From: Lophium mytilinum | Lineage: Eukaryota | Assembly (NCBI GenBank): GCA_010093605.1 | Contig: MU004181.1 | Location: forward strand, 1,736,001 to 1,800,000 | Direction: 5' to 3' | Length of the DNA stretch: 64,000 nucleotides | Shown: positions 13,245 to 26,515 of the stretch, one piece after another | Position numbering within the stretch: position 1 is the first letter of the stretch | Layout: each line of letters begins with the position of its first letter | The notes under the pieces: generated by a model | Databases searched by the model: none | What the model was told of the DNA's origin: nothing | Seen by the model: only the letters and a program-made list of their open reading frames with translations | Translations under genes and position numbers: made by a program

Positions 13245-14590
13245 ATGCAGGCTTTTGGTGAGAAATGTCGCTCCGGCGGGTGCACGCGATTGCGGCCCAT
13301 ACGCTGACCTATGCAGTGCCCAAAACGCGCAGAGTAAGCTTCGCGCCCTCTATGGACCCTGTCGAAATATATTGCTAACTTTCGCGAAGCCTAAATTTGA
13401 TATAAACCTCAAAGTAACAACCTCGTTTCTTAAATTCAAGCTTTTCATTAATGTTAGAGCTAGATTGTCGACCTCACCAACGTTCCGCTCGTTTCCGGAT
13501 CCTCCTTTGTCAAATGGCACCTCCCACACTCTACCGCTGCCGAGCACCGTGGCCGAACCGACAAGAGCCCTATTAAAGACCACAAAGTCGCCTACGACTA
13601 CGAAAAGACGACGTCTGTGAGGCTCACTGTCGACAAAAATGGCATGCTGCAGGAATCATGGATACACTTTGAGGTTGTACAGGAATACTCAGTCGGCGGC
13701 CGGAGCGAGCGGATTGCTTTGGGGAACGTCAAACTAAATCTGGCCGAGTACGTGGAGCAAAGCGAGGCAGATGGCGAAGAGGGGGTGTGCAGGAGGTACT
13801 TGATGCAAGAGAGTAAAATCAACAGCACGCTGAAGGTGTGTACTTGTGTTTCTCACGCGCTATGTATAGCCTTGGACTGACAGGTTAAACAGATCAATAT
13901 CTATATGAAGCAGACTGAAGGTGACAAGAACTTCATAGCGTAAGACGACTCCTTTACTGTGTTACGCGCAGTCACTGACTGGACCAGTCCTCCGCTGAAA
14001 ACTGCACAAGTGTTTGGCGGAATAGCCGGCATTATGTCTGCCGAACAAGGGGATTCAGACGATGTTGGGAGTATATCTCGCCACTGATTGTCTGCGGTAT
14101 ACTTCTCTGACAGCTGTTAGGCACACCGGCACTGAGCAGTAAATCTGGAGAAGCAGGTGAACTGCAGGACATGTACAGGCGATCACTCGCAGCATTCTGG
14201 GCAGCACAACCCGGCGAACTCAAAGCCGATGAGTGTATAGAGGACATATTCTCAGGCGGTGATGGATGGGGCGACAGGGATAAGGCATACGATATTCAGA
14301 CCAATACGAAGACTGTAAGTGGTGGCCAAAGCAGTGATTCCCTGAGTGAGAGCGACACGCTTTCGTCCCACAGGAGGATACATAGAGGGGAAAATCTCAG
14401 GAAGTCACATGAGACTCTTAGACCTGGCGATGGAGGTCACGGTACGTCTGGGGGCGTGCGAGGAAGAGGGAGCTTAGAGCAGCAAGCAATTCACATGAAA
14501 GTAGACGCGGAGAGGAGGCGAGCCAAGTCTACTCGTGAGGTGAACGAGTTCGAGGTGAGGGAGGACTTACGCAGCTGGAGACTAAGTTAA
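13245..14590 (+). CDS. NT-C2 (EEIG1/EHBP1 N-terminal C2) domain protein, many short exons
   Basis: Spliced N-terminus MQAFVPKTRRPKFDINLKIVDLTNVPLVSG...VKWHL; LGNVKLNLAEYV; RYLMQESKINSTLK; ADECIEDIFSGGDGW; EDLRSW. Confidence 0.85.
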
Positions 14591-14787
14591 GCCTATTATA
14601 CCAATCGCTTCATGATCCGCACCTATAAGGTCAATTTCGAGTGAAACCCTTTGTAGTTCTTCTAATGCATCTGTGACGGATGAAGTCCTGATGGGGCATG
14701 GTCACGTGGGCGGTGAAGCGCATCTCCAAAAAGTCGTACTGCGTAAGTCTTCGCCGTCCCACATCGCAATCCGCGCAAGTTCTCCCC

Positions 14788-17540
14788 ATGTTGGCGCACC
14801 GGACCTCTGGTGCCTTTATCTGTATCCAATGTCGACTCCGAGCCATACCCTTCCAAAAAGCCCGATCAATCCGACACAGAGGCCCGATTGCGCGCTTCTC
14901 GTCCACTCCTTTACGCCCCGAAGGTGACGAGGATCTCCCAGAAGGACAACTTCAGCGTCCCTCCCCCCCCATAAGGAAGAACTTCCGGTCGCGAAAACTC
15001 CGAGGAAACCGAGACGGGAGTTTCTACAGTGAAGACGCTGAGCCACTGAGCATCGCGTCCTTAGGCACCCCATCTGAGATCATTGTTCTTCGGGATGCTG
15101 GTCGAAACTACAAGTTCAAGACATCAGAGGGCGTGGCCAACTATAATAAAGATAACGAAAAAGATGAGAAACCAAAAGACGGAGGAGAAGAGGCATCAAA
15201 GCAGGATGATATCTTTGCCTCGTTGGTAAGGGAGGATGCGACTCCCGAACAAGAGGAAATAAATGTGCAAATCGAGAGCCTACGACCTGAAACAGCCACC
15301 GACCTCAACGGGCATGACGAACCCGTCTATCTTACCAATTTGGAGTTTAAGAGGATATACGACGACCTATGTACCGGCTTTACAGGGCCCCAACTGTCTC
15401 GATATATTGCGGACAGCACTGGAATCGTGAAAAGTGGTGAAGATGGCAACATTGTGCAGGGATTGATCAAGGCGTCTGGCTCAAATTCAGCGCAAAGGGC
15501 GCGCTTTCAAACGGAATGGTTACCCGGAATCAGCCCAATTTCTTCGCGATTACCCGCAGGAGATGATGCCGTATTGAGTCGGATATCGAAGCAGAGAGGC
15601 GGCAGCAAAAGATTACTGGCAAATCAGATCTTACGGGTGGCATGGCATATAACTTTGTTGGAGGAGATTGAGGCACCGGGGGAGCTGGAGATATCGTTGA
15701 AGCGATGGCAGCTGTCTTTGTTATTCGCTGGCGGTAAGCCACACATATCTTCGCATTGGACACCGCTAACATAGTACAGAAACGCCAACTCCACTTGATA
15801 GAATCGGAAAGGATCGAAAGGCCAAGATCGAGATATTCTGGCCGCACAGTGTGCTTCGAATAACCGCGGACAAGAATTCTGCCGAATATGCTGCACGAGA
15901 CGTGGAAGCAATGTTGAAGGATACCGAGCGTTTACCATTCGACCTGGAGCCTTGGAGACCCCTCCTCCTTCTAAAACCAGCACCAAAAGACCTTACTGAA
16001 CTCTACAAACCTGCCGATTTTACATTGGTAGAAAAGATGACAGGGGCTGTCGTGGAGAAAGGAACTCAGAGCACTGTGAGTATTGCCCTTTGATTCGTCG
16101 AGGTATGCTTATTTGTTCTAGCTTATCATCCGTGGGTTGAGCAACACCCAAACTGCAGACGCTTACCGTAGCTTGTTGACAATGCTCAAACTCGATGACC
16201 GGACTTCTAGGATGGCCATCACAAAGTTTAGATCAAAGAGTGATAGGAAGGAAGGCACATTTGTTCGGACATCTTCTAAGAATGCGTTGGAATATAATCA
16301 ACGCAATCTGGACCTAGTTCGTTGGACTCAGCCTTTCACTAGATCCGAGAGTTCGAGCAGACAATATGCCAAACTACTGGAATCGTCATTTGATGATGAT
16401 TCCCAGATTGAGGACATAACGAGAGCTGCCGGGCTACCGGAATCGTCATTTGATAATGGTCTCCGGGCTGAGATCATGACGAAATTGGGTAAACCGACAC
16501 TATTCTCCGCAATAGCTCAGCCACCACTTGCAAGCCAAGACGCAAAGATTAAACGCCCAAAATGGTCAGACCATGTGGAAATGCAGACTACTGCTAAGCT
16601 GGGACACATTCTTCATCCCTTCCAGACTAGGTCATCAGTTCTGTCAAGATTTGATGACAAAGGGGTGGACACATCGAATTCCATGGCTGTCTTTTCGAAT
16701 ACTACCCCGGGAATATCCCACCTACTTCAAACCTTTCGCGCGCCATCGGCTGAAATCAACCTCGAGAATACTCTAGAGTACCATTTCGTGGCATCACCTC
16801 TTCCAGGAAGTGGTTTCGACGTCAAGAACAAATATCCGAGATTACGCCTTTTAGTCACCATGACGCGCGAAGGCGGTGTCAGGCTAGGAGGTGTTAGGCT
16901 TGACCTCCACGAAGATTATATCGATGTGCTACTTCCGGACCAGGCCAGCGATATACGCTTCCGACGACGGCAATCAGCATATCTATATCGGGCAGAAGGC
17001 GAGGGGCACGTTGTTTCATTCTTCAAGGCTATTGCGGAAAACATCGAAGGCGGCGGGAAGCTTTCCGCCCCTTCGTCCCTCAAACTCGCAATCCCGACGT
17101 GGACCGTCATCAGCCCAACCCGGACTCCCTTTAAACGCTTCAAGCAAGATCCTCTCCGGACCGAAACTGTCAACTTCATCTTCCTCGGTATTCAGCACCG
17201 CCAAACGGTCTTGATGCCATTCGGCAAACACGCCACCGAGAACCTGCCCTTCAGCCCCCACAGCCTCGCATACTCTGGCGTCGAAGCAGGCCAGCTTTCC
17301 GGGAAATACGGCGAGATCTCTTTGAAGTACAGCAAACGAAATAAATCCAAAGATATCGACCCTAAGCTGGCGAACGGCATCCTCGCGCACTTTGTCAAGT
17401 CTGCTTTCAAAGCTGTAGATCGCATCTCGTTAGGATCGCTCAACCCGATTCAATTCTCGGACTTCCGACCAGGCGGCAAGCGTATCCGACATTCGGTTAC
17501 TTTGGATAAAAAGCTGGAGGCAGAGATTGTGCGTCTGTAA
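14788..17540 (+). CDS. Mitochondrial inner-membrane regulator SLS1/Rmp1-like protein, 2 short introns (~15734 and ~16075)
   Basis: Presequence-like MLAHRTSGAFICIQCRLR; SLGTPSEIIVLRD, GFTGPQLSRYI, ILRVAW, DVLLPDQASDIRF blocks; three consecutive long ORFs. Confidence 0.7.
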
Positions 17541-18411
17541 ATTTGTTACGTTCAGCATCATGCAGATTCATCGGATGCTCCATTTGCTCTGAAGCTGAGC
17601 TGGAAGTATGAACAACCGGGTAGCGCGTTGTACATATACCACACAACTGTATCTGATCGGATTTGTGCTCTCTTGCATCGGTGGCGTTGGAGAAAAGGAT
17701 AGATGGGAAAGGCTCTTGTATTATATCTGTAGTCAATCGCATAGCCCAGCATTGTATGTACCACAATAATCGTTGGGCTCGAGCCGTGTCTCTACCGCTA
17801 TCGTTTGAGTCACCCTACGCTCATGGCCAACATGTAAATGACTTGTGAAGGAACAAGATTCAGACAACGATCCCGCGGTGGCGTTTTACACAATTCCGTA
17901 AATCGCATGACCTGGCTGGCAGTAACAGCTGTTTGCGACTGTTTGGGGTGCCTCGGCGCATCATCACGAAGTTAGAAAATAGGACTGTGTTGTGAGGGTA
18001 TGATGGAGGCCAGTTTTAGAACGCCGTTGTACAGTGTCTTGCCTAGCTGAGATACCTCTTGAGATCAAATTCAAGGAGCAAAACGAATGCCGGTGAGCCC
18101 TGATTTGGGCGACCAGCAACTTGGGTGCTGCGGTGTGAGTTCATATCTTCACGGTGATGAGTAGCAACTGGGCGACGATTGCACGTCCCGATCATCACAG
18201 CAGTAAGGTTTGTGTGCCCACCCATTGAATTCATTAAAAAGATCATGATTCTATGGAAATGAGCAACGCCAGTTCGCCCCCACCTTCATGCATGACCATT
18301 GACTAGAGATAGACCCTAACCACCACCACATCCCAAACATCCCCAAACATCCCCAGAAATCCTCCTTCCCACCATTTTCGGATCGAGATTGTCGAAGCAG
18401 GCGCAAGCCGC

Positions 18412-20248
<1,837 letters not shown>

Positions 20249-22235
20249 GGTTGCGGTATTGAGTTGTTTTTTGGACTGGAAGTTGAAGTGAAGTAGGTTG
20301 AAAGCTCCTAGGCGCTGTCAGTGATGGCGATGATGGTGCAGAGTGCGGTGTTCTTACAGGCACAAATACTTGATTTGAGGTATGAGGACAAAGGTGAGAA
20401 GAGGGTCGAGGGGCGGACGAGAATTTGTATCGGCCGTGGAGGGCGCTAAAACGGAGTAGTAAGCGAGAGCCAGGGTTGCCCGCCAGGCCCCGCCGTCAGA
20501 GCCAGCAGAGCTTTCGGGCAGGTTCTCTCTTGCGGCGGCCCAACCTTGCTTCAGGTGAATTATTACGGCTAGCTATGCCTGCTTCTGCCGGCCAGCTGGC
20601 CTTATGCCGGCCCCAGATTTCTGGCTCTACACCGCAATTCTGGCGTGGTTGAGCTTCGCCACCGTGGTTTGAGGGCGTGATAGCCTCAAATTTCTGGCAT
20701 CAAAACAAGCCCCACCATTCCACGTAAACACAACTTGAAACACTTATCCGCCCCGAGTATATCCTGAAAGCCTTCAGTATCATCCTCTGACTATACTATC
20801 AATAAGTTCAATATACAATTCTAGATCACTGCACCTGACTACCTTCCGAAACAAACTCCACGATAACCATCGGTACAGCCTGAGCCAACCCTTCAGGATT
20901 ACTTCGGCTCCGAAATCACGCAACGAATCACAAGGCTCTTTTTCTAGTGGGTACTGCACAAAAAGGCGATGGGAGTCATCGAGTTCCATTATTTTATCCG
21001 AAGCAAAGCGGCGAGACTCATCAGGAGATATTCACTTCGACACAGCTCTAGATGTACACTCAACAGAGCGAAGGCAACAGACTTCAGTGTAGAGGCCTAG
21101 GCTCAGATTTAAACGGAGACACGTCCCAATCGGCAAACCGTTATAGTCAGACCAGGTAGAAGGTTGGTTGCCACACGTTTCTCCTATGGTTTGTCGTTCG
21201 TTTCATACCTTATGTTGATCAATTGCAAACAACTTTCTATGCGAACCGTTGATCGAGACTCATCTCATATATTGCTTCTCTCTCTTTTGTGATTGCAATC
21301 TCGTAGTTGTTCGATATTGAGCATTCATCAGTCGCCATCTGGAACCTAGACTAGCAATAACGAGATATTACACCTTCCGAGCAAATCAACTCATTTATTT
21401 TCTCTTACGTTTCTATCTCAGCAACCAACGCATAAGTGAGAAAATGATTTTTCTCCTAGACGCATCCAATTTCGAGGAATTAGGAAGCTTGGTGCCCACA
21501 AGAAAGGAAATCTGCAGGTTGATGATGGAGCGACCGAAGTTTGTCGCTCATCGAATCGCCATCAGAGCAAGAGTCGAGAGTGAACGGGATCTCAATGCCT
21601 ATGGCTATGGCCGCTTCCTCCAGAACCAGGTAGCATGCTAGCCACGTTGTTCGTAGATTTGGTAGGGCGAAGTGGATGAGGCTAGGTGTAGGTTGACAAA
21701 CGAAGCACAGTACATGCTTGATCTCATGAAAGCAGTCTCGGGCCCATACCAAGCTCAATGTTTGGAGCGTGGTATATTGGAACTTTCAAATACAAAGTCA
21801 GGTGACAACGGACGTAGGTGAGACAATCTCGATTCATAGCTATAATAGATTCCGTCAGGCAGTGTCCAGAGAGTATAGATGTTTCGCCATTTGGAAGATC
21901 TTGTGATAGAGTTAAGGTGTTTGAGCTACTTAACGAAGCTGTGAGTTATCCACTACAAGGGCGGAGGCTCGCCTGAAGGGCGGGCTCCGCCCTTCTATTA
22001 CAGTTGCAGCGTACGAGATTCGCTCGTAGCGCTCTCAATACCCTGTTTGGCTCTTGTGCTTGTATAGCCTCAGGTATCACTTCTTGCTGAGCGGCTTGCT
22101 CAGCTGTTGCTGGGTTGGGAATCGACCTGGCCAATATTCTCAGATAGAGTGATTTCTGAATCGATCCATCTAAATAGACCTTTCGTTGGGCGATGCCAAT
22201 AGAACATCACAGTTGGTAGGAGTCGAATCTCTATT

Positions 22236-22449
22236 GTGTGGAATTTGAGGCGGGAATTCACGCTATGGATGTGCAAGAAAGGTTCTGGGCAAGCAAAAGG
22301 AATTTGGGCACGGCATCCGAACGCAGGACCCTCGCCTACGCCAGCGGCGGCATGCCTGATGTCCTCCGCCATTCGAAACTTCAAAACAAGACAGAAAAAG
22401 ATTTTGAAGCTACTCTTTGATAAAGCGTATCATCCTTAGTGCAGGGGCC
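22236..22449 (-). pseudogene. Inverted 5'-truncated copy of the U6 gene (3' half plus downstream flank)
   Basis: Reverse complement of 22401-22449 matches 23065-23113 at 48/49 nt; T5 follows; gapped similarity to the U6 downstream flank continues to about 22236. Confidence 0.85.
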
Positions 22450-22876
22450 GCGGTTTCGCCAGTGAAAGGTGTATAGGATGGACTTCCTGTGAAAGGTAGT
22501 CTTGTGTGGGCTGGGAGCTGGACGCTGGCCCTACCACCAGCACAAGGATGATATCGGAAGTACGTCTCTACTCTGGGTCTCCCTTCTCATGCATAGCATG
22601 GTCCTAAGCGACATCACGGAGAAGCGCATAGTCCGATTTCGTCACACATGTTGTCGTGATGCCGGTGAAGCTGCCGCTAGTGGGAGGGATGTCCTCGTTC
22701 GCGGTACAGCGATGGAAAGACAACATCTGGAAAGATGCGAGACTGTCGCATAGGCCGAGGAAACGCTGCGCGAGAGGAAGGATCGAAAGCCTAGGGGTTA
22801 TGCGCTTTGCAAATCTCGTTGACGAGGCTTGGTTTGATGTGGTGTGGTGGGGAGGTCTCGAGTGGTGAGGGCTGCG

Positions 22877-22909
22877 GGCGGCTGGCGGCTGGCGGCTGGC
22901 GGCTGGCGG
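22877..22909. repeat. Heptamer tandem repeat (GGCGGCT)x4 plus a partial unit, upstream of U6
   Basis: Seen directly. Confidence 0.95.
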
Positions 22910-22965
22910 GGTAGATTTACTGCGCCCCGCTTCAGTACTTAGGTGGCTTAATTTTCTCCGCCTTC

Positions 22966-23120
22966 GCCTTCGGGCATTTGGTCAATTTGAAACGATACAG
23001 AGAAGGTGTGTACCATCCCCCCCCCATCACTCAGCTTCAAAACTAATATCTTCCAGATTAGCATGGCCCCTGCACTAAGGATGACACGCTTTATCAAAGA
23101 GTAGCTTCAAAATTTTTTTT
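22966..23120 (+). ncRNA. snu6: U6 spliceosomal snRNA gene with a spliceosomal intron; exon 1 22966-23005, intron 23006-23056, exon 2 23057-~23117
   Basis: 5' GCC-TTCG-GGC hairpin; CATTTGGTCAATTTGAAACGATACAGAGAAG | ATTAGCATGGCCCCTGCACTAAGGATGACACGC; ACAGAGA 22997-23003; AGC triad 23060-23062; T8 terminator 23113-23120. Confidence 0.97.
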
Positions 23121-23174
23121 ATGTTTTATTTTGAAGTTCTGGAATGTGGTCGGCGGCGTAGGCAAGGGTTCTGC

Positions 23175-23185
23175 GTTCGAATTTC
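23175..23185 (+). promoter_or_regulatory. Candidate downstream Pol III B-box for U6 (GTTCGAATTTC)
   Basis: Resembles the GTTCRANYC consensus about 55 nt past the terminator; A-box-like TGGTCAATTTG inside exon 1. Confidence 0.55.
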
Positions 23186-23541
23186 CCGCTTGCAATCTTT
23201 TTTGCGCATGCAGACTGTGAAATCCTGTCCCGCCTCCAACTCCCCCACTCGGAAATCAACGAGAAGTTAGGTGAGTCGTCGTGCACTGCTTCGTCTCCGC
23301 CTGTACCGTAGAAGGGAAACTGCGGGCGTTCTTGATTTTGGAAGGTATATGATCCGGATGGCTAAGTATGCATGGTTGCATTTCCGTTCAAGCATCACAT
23401 ATTAGCATGAACAACCGAGGGAAATATCAAGTGTGAAGATTCAGATATATTACTATTCAAGAAGTATTCAATCATGTGTTGCAAAGACTACATCGCCAGC
23501 GACGAGTCCGAACCTCTCCCACCCAATACCGCCCCAGACAT

Positions 23542-24285
23542 CTATCTCACAGCCCACCCCTTCTTAAACGTCCTACTCTCCTCATCCCACCCATCACTCC
23601 TCCGCCTCCGCCCCTGATATCCCCCTCCCGGCATCTCACTCCGACTCCTCTTCTCCGCATGCTTCTTCCCTCCATACGCGCCCAACAAGAGCCCCGTCGC
23701 CGTCCCTAAACCCGGGAATATCAAATCCCCCACCAGCGCGCCGCCGCCCGCACCGAGGAAGGTATCGCGGTTCTTGTACGCGACGTCGCGCTCGCCGTTG
23801 CGCTTCGGCCGCGACTGCGACGACGAAGAGTGTTTCCCATGGCTCCCATGATGGTGGTGTTTCCGCCCCCGCCGGTCATCGTCGGAGGAGTAGTATTCGG
23901 GCTGAGGTTGTTGGAGGGGCGCGGCGGGTGTGGAGTGCGCGCGATTCGGGCGAGGCTGGGCAGGAGCGGCGAGGTATTGTTGTGAAGCGGCGGGATGCGG
24001 GAGAAAAGGGGCGTTGGGGTGTTGGTTCTGGGGGTATGGGAGTGTTTGAGGTTGCGGTTGAGAGTGCGGGTAGGGCGGTTGTTGCTGAGGCCGTGGAGGG
24101 TATTGTGGGTAGTTTTGCTGTTGCTGTTGCTGGCCGCCTGGCGGCATCAGGCTGTATGCCGGTGGCGCATCGTCGAAGGGTTGAAATACTGTTGATGGAG
24201 GCGGAGGATGGTGCTGTTGAGGGTAGGGTGTTGCTGGCTTTGGCTGGGTGGCTGCGGAGCCGTAGTAGTATTCTTGCGCTGCCAT
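23542..24285 (-). CDS. Pro/Gln-rich protein with C-terminal glycine-zipper (2TM-like) segment
   Basis: MAAQEYY start; P/Q/Y-rich N-half; DTFLGAGGGALVGDLIFPGLGTATGLLLGAYGG. Confidence 0.8.
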   Translation of the reverse strand: MAAQEYYYGSAATQPKPATPYPQQHHPPPPSTVFQPFDDAPPAYSLMPPGGQQQQQQNYPQYPPRPQQQPPYPHSQPQPQTLPYPQNQHPNAPFLPHPAASQQYLAAPAQPRPNRAHSTPAAPLQQPQPEYYSSDDDRRGRKHHHHGSHGKHSSSSQSRPKRNGERDVAYKNRDTFLGAGGGALVGDLIFPGLGTATGLLLGAYGGKKHAEKRSRSEMPGGGYQGRRRRSDGWDEESRTFKKGWAVR

Positions 24286-24860
24286 TTTGCGGTCGATTAG
24301 GAGGAATTTGGAGATTGTAGGAGGGAAGTAGGCTGCCACTGTGACAGGGCTGAGGATATACTAATGTCTATAATCACGAGTCGTACATGATTGGCAGCTG
24401 ATGCCCTCGTCAAGCGTCGCTTCGGTCACCTGCAGCAAATCGCCGTCCACCCCGCCTACGTCACCGGGATCTTTGGTGGCGGCGAGTCGGGCTGGCCGGC
24501 TCGGCGAAGCCGCGGCACGCTTTGCATGTAGATATATTTAGATATCGAGTTGAACGATATTTAGGGACTTCTCGGAGTATTACCGAGATCTCCATACCTC
24601 AAATTGGCTAGCACCATTTGGCTACCTCTCATCTCAGTGTACTGTACATGCGGCATGCGAAATAACGAGTGAGTATTATTCTCGCACGAAGGTATATATA
24701 CATTTCGTGCCAAGCCATTATGAACAGTAGAAGTAATACCAAGAACGCAGCGTCTACTAGTATCGCATAAGGAAAAGTCTGTCCGACCAGTGATTAAGAG
24801 TTTCATCATCCAACGCTATCCGGTGCCGTCCTCTCCGAGTGGCCGAGCTTCCATGTCTTC

Positions 24861-26515
24861 CTAGACTTTGGAGTATCTGCTGGTTTCTCGCTCGACGGCG
24901 TTGGCTTCGTTCTTCTCTGGTCCCAACACTTGAGCCTCCACATCTTCAACACTTTTTGCGATCCCTGCAGGCACACCCTCGACCTTCTTAATCAAATTGC
25001 CTTCGTGAAACATCATGATACCGCCCAAACCAGCTACGATACAGCCAAAAGCGACAAAGGTGCCTGTGGCCCAGGATGGACGTTGATAACGATTGAAGTG
25101 CCACATGAAGAAGCAGAGAACGACCTGCATGAACGTGTTCATCGCGTTCATATGCACAACGAAATCCATCTTCCAGCTCGAAGTCGGTGTTGCCCGTACA
25201 CCTGTTGGCGGAGGGTCTGGGATCTTGGATGGCGGGATAGGGACCGCTGGGTTGGTAGGGTCGGCGGCTGAAGGGGCTTGAGTTTGGTCTAGACAATCAG
25301 ATCCGGGAAGTCGGAACCAGCCTCGATGGATACCCGCTAGCCTTCGGATACCAGTCATGGTGCGCTTGGAGCCGCCTAATCTCCACACCGCCCACCAGTA
25401 GAGATCTCTGAACCTCCAGGGAGCGAGACCAAACCCGGTAACACAAAAGAGGCCGTTCACAACCTGGGAGTCGATTTCAATCCATATCCGGCGGGGAGAT
25501 TGAATGTCGTCGCACGTTGGGTGACACATGGCAGGGCTGGCATTACATAGCAATAAGAAGAGCATACCACCCCAGGCAATCACATTCGCGCCGTAGACAG
25601 TAATAAGAAAGCCGGCTGGAGTCAGGAACCATTTCCAGAAGGACTTAAGGCCAATGACGGTAGAGGTGGTCCATGGAAGCTTTGGCGGCGGGACGTAGCC
25701 ATTTGAGAACTAGTTCCAAGTTAGTGACCTTAATTGGTTATTGCAAACGTTGCAATGTGAGAGGGTTCTGCACGATTCAACGACATGGCACTGACCTTTC
25801 GCTGTGGCTTGTGATGCATGTGGGGGTGTTTGTGAACATGCGTCTCAGAATCAACAGAGCTAGGATTTGATGGCTCAATTTCTTTCTCCTCCGCAATCCC
25901 ATCATTGGCCACATCGTAGTCTGGAGTCTTCCACGTTGGGTGATTATGGCTTGGTTCTTCTGGTATGGCATGCATCTCCTCCTCCGTCACCGGCGGGAAT
26001 GGCTCCGTGCCGACTTCAGGAGAGCCGATCGAGCTCTTTCTCTTCCCCTTTGTCAACCCAGGTGTAGCATCATTGGTGCCTGCTGTACTGAGTGCCGAAC
26101 TCGTCCTTCTCAATCGCCACCTCTTGTTGCCGCCTTCCTCGGCCTCGCTTGCCCGACGTTCTCTACGCTCTGTATACGCCACGCGTTGCCCATCATCGCA
26201 CCATCCAGCATTACTGAACGATCCGCTACGGATCTCGGGAAGCGTGGGCGCTTTAGAAGCGTGTGCTGCTGTCGCTGCCCACATTCCGGGCGGTGGATCT
26301 GCTTCTAGAATCTTGATGGACGCGGCCCGGATGCGATTTCCAGTCGAGACTATCGATGCGGTTGTGGAGGTTCTGGAACGTTTGTTGGGAGTGCTTGGTG
26401 TTGAAGGAGCTGGGTTTGAGTCTGAGGGAGGTCGATTCGTTGAGGAGGCGGTATCAATGTTCTCGAGGAGCGGGAATGGCACCGGCGTCGGTGTCTTGTC
26501 GCTGGAGGAGGCCAT
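24861..26515 (-). CDS. DUF2985-family membrane protein; intron 25795-25710
   Basis: Splicing joins ORFs 25730..26743 and 24861..25583 via FSNGYVPPPKLPW...FWKWFLTPAGFLITVYG; RRIWIEIDSQVVNGLFCVTGFGLAPWRFRDLYW. Confidence 0.85.

Noticed and set aside
16375..16460. 60-nt-period repeat GGAATCGTCATTTGAT in the SLS1-like CDS
   Set aside because: Small in-frame internal duplication (ESSFD x2) with no further structure
22100..22439. Short ORFs 22100..22384 (-), 22236..22439 (+), 22238..22420 (+)
   Set aside because: They overlap the inverted U6 copy and its flank, which explains the sequence
22432..22500. Plus strand resembles a U4 snRNA 5' end (ATCCTTAGTGCAGGGGC...GCCAGTGA)
   Set aside because: Complementarity to the U6 locus extends far into the U6 flank, so it is an inverted duplication; no convincing stem I, k-turn stem or Sm site
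23146..23203. tRNA-like 3' half (GTTCGAAT followed by a T-run)
   Set aside because: No cloverleaf or acceptor stem could be built; treated as a B-box only
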